From Escherichia phage vB_Eco_QOTSP, in sequence record OY720014: DNA of 64,000 nucleotides, one strand, 5' to 3'. The notes beneath the pieces were generated by a model. It saw only the letters and a list, made by a program, of their open reading frames with translations, searched no databases and was not told the DNA's origin. Positions 58,653 to 64,000 of this stretch are shown here, in pieces; position 1 is the stretch's first letter; the number at the start of each line of letters is the position of its first letter. Made by a program: the position numbers and the translations under genes.

Positions 58653-59042
58653 ATGACTAAAATTACTGTGAATTATACTGTTGATGTAAAAGATATTCAG
58701 CCAAAACACGTGCGTTCTGAATCAAATCCACAAAACCAAAATAAAATTCGTCGAGCATGGGTTTTGTCTCTTTCTGATAACGCAATGGAAGTTATTCAGA
58801 ACAAAATTAAATCTGCACCTGCTCGTCATGCGTATTATGAAGCTATCGATCGTGAAGTAAGTAATAAATGGATTGAACTAATGCGCAAACATACTACAGA
58901 ATCCCTAAACGCCGGTGCTAAATTTATTATGACTTCATGTGGTGAACGTCTTGAAGATGATTATTGCGGTAATGCAGATGAACGTCTAATTGTTGCTGCT
59001 CAAATTGTTGCCGAAACAATCGCAGCTGATTTTAATCGTTAA
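58653..59042 (+). CDS. rpbA: RNA polymerase-binding protein RpbA
   Basis: 129-aa ORF immediately upstream of gene 45, as T4 rpbA. Confidence 0.75.
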
Positions 59043-59043
59043 T

Positions 59044-59068
59044 TGCTTTATTAAATTAGTTATAAAAT
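59044..59068 (+). promoter_or_regulatory. MotA-type middle promoter for gene 45
   Basis: TTGCTTTA MotA box, 12-nt spacer, TAAAAT. Confidence 0.55.
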
Positions 59069-59097
59069 TAAATCTCATTTGAATTGAAGGAAATTAC

Positions 59098-59784
59098 ATG
59101 AAACTGTCTAAAGATACTACTGCTCTGCTTAAAAATTTCGCTACTATTAACTCCGGTATTATGCTTAAATCCGGTCAATTTATTATGACTCGCGCAGTTA
59201 ATGGTACAACTTACGCGGAAGCAAATATTTCTGACACTATTGATTTTGATGTAGCAATTTACGATTTAAACGGTTTTCTTGGTATTCTGTCTCTAGTTAA
59301 TGATGATGCAGAAATTTCCCAGTCAGAAGATGGAAATATTAAAATTGCTGATGCCCGTTCAACAATTTTTTGGCCAGCAGCCGATCCGAGTACAGTAGTT
59401 GCTCCTAATAAACCAATTCCATTCCCGGTAGCATCTGTTGTTACTGAAATTAAAGCTGAAGACCTTCAACAACTGTTGCGTGTATCTCGTGGTCTGCAGA
59501 TTGATACAATTGCTATCACGGTAAAAGAAGGTAAAATCGTAATTAACGGTTTTAATAAAGTAGAAGATTCTGCTTTGACTCGTGTTAAATATTCTTTGAC
59601 TCTTGGTGATTATGATGGTGAAAATACATTTAATTTCATTATCAATATGGCAAATATGAAAATGCAACCAGGAAATTATAAACTTCTGCTCTGGGCAAAA
59701 GGTAAACAAGGTGCTGCTAAATTTGAAGGTGAACATGCGAATTATGTAGTAGCTCTTGAAGCTGATTCTACCCACGATTTTTAA
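59098..59784 (+). CDS. 45: sliding clamp gp45
   Basis: 228 aa; MKLSKDTTALLKNFATINSGIMLKSGQFIMTRAV recognised as T4 gp45. Confidence 0.95.
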   Translation: MKLSKDTTALLKNFATINSGIMLKSGQFIMTRAVNGTTYAEANISDTIDFDVAIYDLNGFLGILSLVNDDAEISQSEDGNIKIADARSTIFWPAADPSTVVAPNKPIPFPVASVVTEIKAEDLQQLLRVSRGLQIDTIAITVKEGKIVINGFNKVEDSALTRVKYSLTLGDYDGENTFNFIINMANMKMQPGNYKLLLWAKGKQGAAKFEGEHANYVVALEADSTHDF

Positions 59785-59787
59785 TAG

Positions 59788-59801
59788 AGGGCTTCGGCCC
59801 T
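59788..59801 (+). terminator. GC-rich UUCG-loop hairpin
   Basis: agggcttcggccct between genes 45 and 44. Confidence 0.5.
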
Positions 59802-59835
59802 TTATAATTTACACTAAAACTTGAATGAGGAAATT

Positions 59836-60795
59836 ATGATTACCGTAAATGAAAAAGAACACATTCTTGAACAGAAATATCGTCCATCTACTATCGATGA
59901 ATGTATTCTTCCCGCCTTTGATAAAGAAACCTTTAAATCTATTACAAGTAAAGGTAAGATTCCACATATTATTCTTCATTCTCCTTCTCCAGGAACAGGT
60001 AAAACAACTGTAGCAAAAGCATTGTGTCATGATGTAAATGCTGATATGATGTTTGTGAATGGTTCAGATTGTAAAATTGATTTCGTTCGTGGTCCTTTGA
60101 CTAATTTTGCCAGCGCCGCTTCATTTGATGGTCGTCAAAAAGTAATCGTTATTGATGAATTTGACCGTTCAGGTTTAGCAGAATCTCAGCGACATCTTCG
60201 TTCCTTTATGGAAGCTTATAGTTCAAACTGTAGTATTATTATTACTGCTAACAATATTGATGGTATTATTAAACCGCTTCAGTCACGCTGCCGAGTTATT
60301 ACATTCGGTCAACCAACTGATGAAGATAAAATTGAAATGATGAAGCAGATGATTCGTCGATTGACTGAAATCTGTAAACATGAAGGAATTGCTATAGCTG
60401 ATATGAAAGTTGTAGCAGCTTTGGTTAAAAAGAATTTTCCTGATTTTCGTAAAACTATTGGCGAGCTCGATAGTTATTCATCTAAAGGTGTTTTGGATGC
60501 TGGTATTTTATCACTGGTTACTAACGATCGTGGTGCTATTGATGATGTTCTTGAGTCTCTCAAAAATAAAGATGTTAAACAACTCAGAGCTTTAGCACCA
60601 AAATATGCAGCCGATTATTCGTGGTTCGTGGGTAAACTTGCCGAAGAAATCTATTCACGTGTAACTCCACAGAGTATTATTCGTATGTACGAAATTGTCG
60701 GCGAAAATAATCAGTATCATGGTATTGCAGCTAATACTGAATTGCATTTAGCTTATCTTTTCATTCAGTTAGCATGTGAAATGCAGTGGAAGTGA
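59836..60795 (+). CDS. 44: clamp loader large subunit gp44
   Basis: ORF track 59821..60795 trimmed to ATG 59836; 319 aa; Walker [11 protein letters not shown]. Confidence 0.95.
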
Positions 60796-60796
60796 T

Positions 60797-61360
60797 ATGA
60801 GCTTATTTGAAGATGATATTCAATTAAACGAGCATCAAGTTGCTTGGTATTCAAAAGATTGGACAGCTGTCCAATCCGCTGCTGATTCTTTTAAAGAAAA
60901 AGCTGAAAATGAGTTTTTTGAAATAATTGGAGCTATTAATAATAAAACTAAATGCTCTATTGCTCAAAAAGATTATTCAAAATTCATGGTTGAAAATGCA
61001 TTATCACAATTTCCAGAGTGCATGCCAGCTGTATATGCTATGAATTTAATTGGATCAGGTTTAAGTGATGAAGCTCATTTTAATTATCTAATGGCTGCAG
61101 TTCCTCGTGGTAAAAGATATGGTAAATGGGCAAAACTGGTTGAAGATTCCACCGAAGTATTGATTATTAAGTTACTTGCTAAACGGTATCAAGTTAATAC
61201 AAATGATGCAATTAACTATAAATCAATTCTTACTAAAAATGGAAAACTTCCTTTAGTATTAAAAGAACTAAAAGGTTTAGTCACGGATGATTTTTTGAAA
61301 GAAGTGACTAAGAACGTAAAAGAACAGAAACAACTCAAAAAACTAGCATTGGAATGGTAA
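60797..61360 (+). CDS. 62: clamp loader small subunit gp62
   Basis: ORF track 60776..61360 trimmed to ATG 60797; 187 aa. Confidence 0.92.
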   Translation: MSLFEDDIQLNEHQVAWYSKDWTAVQSAADSFKEKAENEFFEIIGAINNKTKCSIAQKDYSKFMVENALSQFPECMPAVYAMNLIGSGLSDEAHFNYLMAAVPRGKRYGKWAKLVEDSTEVLIIKLLAKRYQVNTNDAINYKSILTKNGKLPLVLKELKGLVTDDFLKEVTKNVKEQKQLKKLALEW

Positions 61361-61361
61361 A

Positions 61362-61730
61362 ATGATTGAAATTACTCTTAAAAAACCTGAAGATTTTCTG
61401 AAAGTAAAAGAAACTTTGACTCGTATGGGAATTGCTAATAATAAAGATAAAGTTCTGTATCAGTCCTGTCATATTCTTCAGAAAAAAGGACTATACTATA
61501 TCGTTCATTTTAAAGAAATGCTTCGTATGGATGGCCGTCAAGTTGAAATGACAGAAGAAGATGAAGTTCGTCGTGATTCGATTGCATGGCTATTAGAAGA
61601 TTGGGGACTGATTGAAATCGTTCCTGGTCAAAGAACTTTTATGAAAGATTTAACTAATAACTTCCGAGTTATTTCTTTTAAACAAAAACATGAATGGAAA
61701 CTCGTTCCTAAATATACGATTGGTAATTAA
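61362..61730 (+). CDS. regA: translational repressor RegA
   Basis: 122 aa; MIEITLKKPEDFLKVKETLTRMGIANNKDK recognised as T4 RegA. Confidence 0.95.
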   Translation: MIEITLKKPEDFLKVKETLTRMGIANNKDKVLYQSCHILQKKGLYYIVHFKEMLRMDGRQVEMTEEDEVRRDSIAWLLEDWGLIEIVPGQRTFMKDLTNNFRVISFKQKHEWKLVPKYTIGN

Positions 61731-61740
61731 GGTAAATTAT

Positions 61741-61977
61741 ATGACACAATCAGAGATTCAGTTTACCGAAGCTTTTCTAATATTCGAAAATCTAAAACAA
61801 ACATATGGTCTGTCTTCTACCCAACTGGTTTTTGACCTCCCGGAAGATAAACAAATAGAATTCCAAAAAGAATTCCAACGATTAGTTTACCCACGCCAAC
61901 GCGCATTTCATGCGATTATCAAAACCACAAATACAGATGGCAAGTCCGTTATATCGCGTCGTACAATAGAAATTTAA
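61741..61977 (+). CDS. hypothetical protein
   Basis: ORF track 61690..61977 trimmed to ATG 61741; 78 aa. Confidence 0.5.
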   Translation: MTQSEIQFTEAFLIFENLKQTYGLSSTQLVFDLPEDKQIEFQKEFQRLVYPRQRAFHAIIKTTNTDGKSVISRRTIEI

Positions 61978-61982
61978 AGCAA

Positions 61983-61998
61983 AGGGGCTTCGGCCCCT
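61983..61998 (+). terminator. GC-rich UUCG-loop hairpin
   Basis: aggggcttcggcccct upstream of gene 43. Confidence 0.5.
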
Positions 61999-62057
61999 TA
62001 TTTGGAGTATAATATATCAAGAGCCTAATAACTCGGGCTATAAACTAAGGAATATCT

Positions 62058-64000
62058 ATGAAAGAATTTTATATCTCTATCGAAACAGTTGGAAATAACA
62101 TTGTTGAACGTTATATTGATGAAAACGGAAAGGAACGTACTCGTGAAGTAGAATATCTTCCAACTATGTTTAGGCATTGTAAGGAAGAGTCAAAATACAA
62201 AGACATCTATGGTAAAAACTGTGCTCCTCAAAAATTTCCATCAATGAAAGATGCACGAGACTGGATGAAGCGAATGGAAGACATCGGTCTCGAAGCTCTC
62301 GGTATGAACGATTTTAAACTCGCTTATATCAGTGATACATATGGTTCAGAAATTGTTTATGACCGAAAATTTGTTCGTGTAGCTAACTGTGACATTGAGG
62401 TTACTGGTGATAAATTTCCTGACCCAATGAAAGCAGAATATGAAATTGATGCTATCACTCATTACGATTCAATTGACGATCGTTTTTACGTCTTTGATTT
62501 GTTGAATTCAATGTACGGTTCAGTATCAAAATGGGATGCAAAGTTAGCTGCTAAGCTCGACTGTGAAGGTGGTGATGAAGTTCCTCAAGAAATTCTTGAC
62601 CGAGTAATTTATATGCCATTCGATAATGAGCGTGATATGCTCATGGAATATATCAATCTCTGGGAACAGAAACGACCTGCTATTTTTACTGGTTGGAATA
62701 TTGAGGGATTTGACGTTCCGTATATCATGAATCGCGTTAAAATGGTTCTCGGTGAACGCAGTATGAAACGTTTCTCTCCAATCGGTCGAGTAAAATCTAA
62801 ACTTATCCAAAATATGTACGGTAGCAAAGAAATTTATTCTATTGATGGCGTATCTATTCTTGATTATTTAGATTTGTATAAGAAATTCGCATTTACTAAT
62901 TTGCCGTCATTCTCTTTGGAATCAGTTGCTCAGCATGAAACCAAAAAAGGTAAATTACCGTATGATGGTCCTATTAATAAACTTCGTGAGACTAATCATC
63001 AACGATACATTAGTTATAACATCATTGACGTAGAATCAGTTCAAGCAATTGATAAAATTCGCGGGTTTATCGATCTAGTTTTAAGTATGTCTTATTACGC
63101 TAAAATGCCTTTTTCCGGTGTAATGAGTCCTATTAAAACTTGGGATGCTATTATTTTTAACTCATTGAAAGGTGAACATAAGGTTATTCCTCAGCAAGGT
63201 TCACACGTTAAACAGAGTTTTCCGGGTGCATTTGTGTTTGAACCTAAACCAATTGCTCGTCGATATATTATGAGTTTTGACTTGACGTCTCTGTATCCGA
63301 GCATTATTCGTCAGGTTAACATTAGTCCTGAGACTATTCGTGGTCAGTTTAAAGTTCATCCAATTCATGAATATATCGCAGGAACAGCTCCTAAACCGAG
63401 TGATGAATATTCTTGTTCTCCGAATGGATGGATGTATGATAAGCATCAAGAAGGTATCATTCCAAAGGAAATCGCTAAAGTATTTTTCCAGCGTAAAGAT
63501 TGGAAAAAGAAAATGTTCGCTGAAGAAATGAATGCCGAAGCTATTAAAAAGATTATTATGAAAGGCGCAGGGTCTTGTTCAACTAAACCTGAAGTTGAAC
63601 GATATGTTAAGTTCAGTGATGATTTCTTAAATGAACTATCGAATTATACTGAATCTGTTCTCAATAGTCTGATTGAAGAATGTGAAAAAGCAGCTACACT
63701 TGCTAACACAAATCAGCTAAACCGTAAAATTCTCATTAACAGTCTTTATGGTGCTCTTGGTAATATTCATTTCCGTTACTATGATTTGCGAAATGCTACT
63801 GCTATCACAATTTTCGGCCAAGTTGGTATTCAGTGGATTGCTCGTAAAATTAATGAATATCTGAATAAAGTATGCGGAACTAATGGCGAAGATTTCATTG
63901 CAGCAGGTGATACTGATTCGGTATATGTTTGTGTAGATAAAGTTATTGAAAAAGTTGGTCTTGACCGATTCAAAGAGCAGAACGATTTAGTTGAATTTAT
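62058..64000 (+). CDS. 43: DNA polymerase gp43, N-terminal ~648 aa (gene runs past window end)
   Basis: Open frame from ATG 62058 to window end (not in ORF track, no stop); exonuclease motifs and polymerase motif A DLTSLYPSII recognised as T4 gp43. Confidence 0.95.
   Translation, partial: MKEFYISIETVGNNIVERYIDENGKERTREVEYLPTMFRHCKEESKYKDIYGKNCAPQKFPSMKDARDWMKRMEDIGLEALGMNDFKLAYISDTYGSEIVYDRKFVRVANCDIEVTGDKFPDPMKAEYEIDAITHYDSIDDRFYVFDLLNSMYGSVSKWDAKLAAKLDCEGGDEVPQEILDRVIYMPFDNERDMLMEYINLWEQKRPAIFTGWNIEGFDVPYIMNRVKMVLGERSMKRFSPIGRVKSKLIQNMYGSKEIYSIDGVSILDYLDLYKKFAFTNLPSFSLESVAQHETKKGKLPYDGPINKLRETNHQRYISYNIIDVESVQAIDKIRGFIDLVLSMSYYAKMPFSGVMSPIKTWDAIIFNSLKGEHKVIPQQGSHVKQSFPGAFVFEPKPIARRYIMSFDLTSLYPSIIRQVNISPETIRGQFKVHPIHEYIAGTAPKPSDEYSCSPNGWMYDKHQEGIIPKEIAKVFFQRKDWKKKMFAEEMNAEAIKKIIMKGAGSCSTKPEVERYVKFSDDFLNELSNYTESVLNSLIEECEKAATLANTNQLNRKILINSLYGALGNIHFRYYDLRNATAITIFGQVGIQWIARKINEYLNKVCGTNGEDFIAAGDTDSVYVCVDKVIEKVGLDRFKEQNDLVEF

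Noticed and set aside
62544-63531. ORFs overlapping the DNA polymerase gene (62544..62810, 62609..62827, 63201..63449, 63340..63531)
   Set aside because: Embedded in the gene 43 reading frame, which is continuous to the window end.

Overview
This window is a contiguous segment of a T4-like (Tevenvirinae/Tequatrovirus-type) lytic coliphage genome. It is close to T4 but not identical, and its gene order is inverted relative to the usual T4 reference orientation. Protein identities are from recognising translated ORFs from memory, not from a database search. Positions 1-13013 carry the baseplate late-gene block on the minus strand (12, 11, 10, 9, 8, 7, 6, 5.4, 5.1, 5, 53). The rest is almost all plus-strand: 4, 2, 3, 1, 57A, 57B (the Acb1 anti-CBASS 2H-phosphoesterase), a variable internal-protein locus, a 10-tRNA cluster interrupted by a GIY-YIG homing endonuclease, a run of small hypothetical genes, nudE, lysozyme e, denV, regB, tk, rI, a long block of hypothetical genes, nrdC, 49, intronless nrdD, nrdG, 55, alpha-glucosyltransferase, 47, 46, a minus-strand HNH homing endonuclease, rpbA, 45, 44, 62, regA and the 5' part of gene 43. 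Genes are tightly packed with frequent ATGA/TAATG start-stop overlaps. Regulation is visible directly: at least 15 early promoters (GTTTAC at -35, TAnnnT at -10, often inside a short inverted repeat), late TATAAATA promoters, MotA-box middle promoters and GC-rich UUCG-type hairpins. I found no complete, obviously novel multi-gene system. The points most worth follow-up are accessory-locus differences from T4: tandem promoter-ORF cassettes with capsid-targeting-like N-termini, a GC-rich ORF insertion flanked by direct repeats, a 79-bp tandem duplication that splits an ORF, a host-like glycyl-radical (GrcA-type) domain fused to a phage N-terminus, a macro-domain protein, a nucleotidyltransferase-fold protein next to a P-loop ATPase, a glutaredoxin-like segment with no start codon, and a GC-rich 390-bp non-coding stretch.
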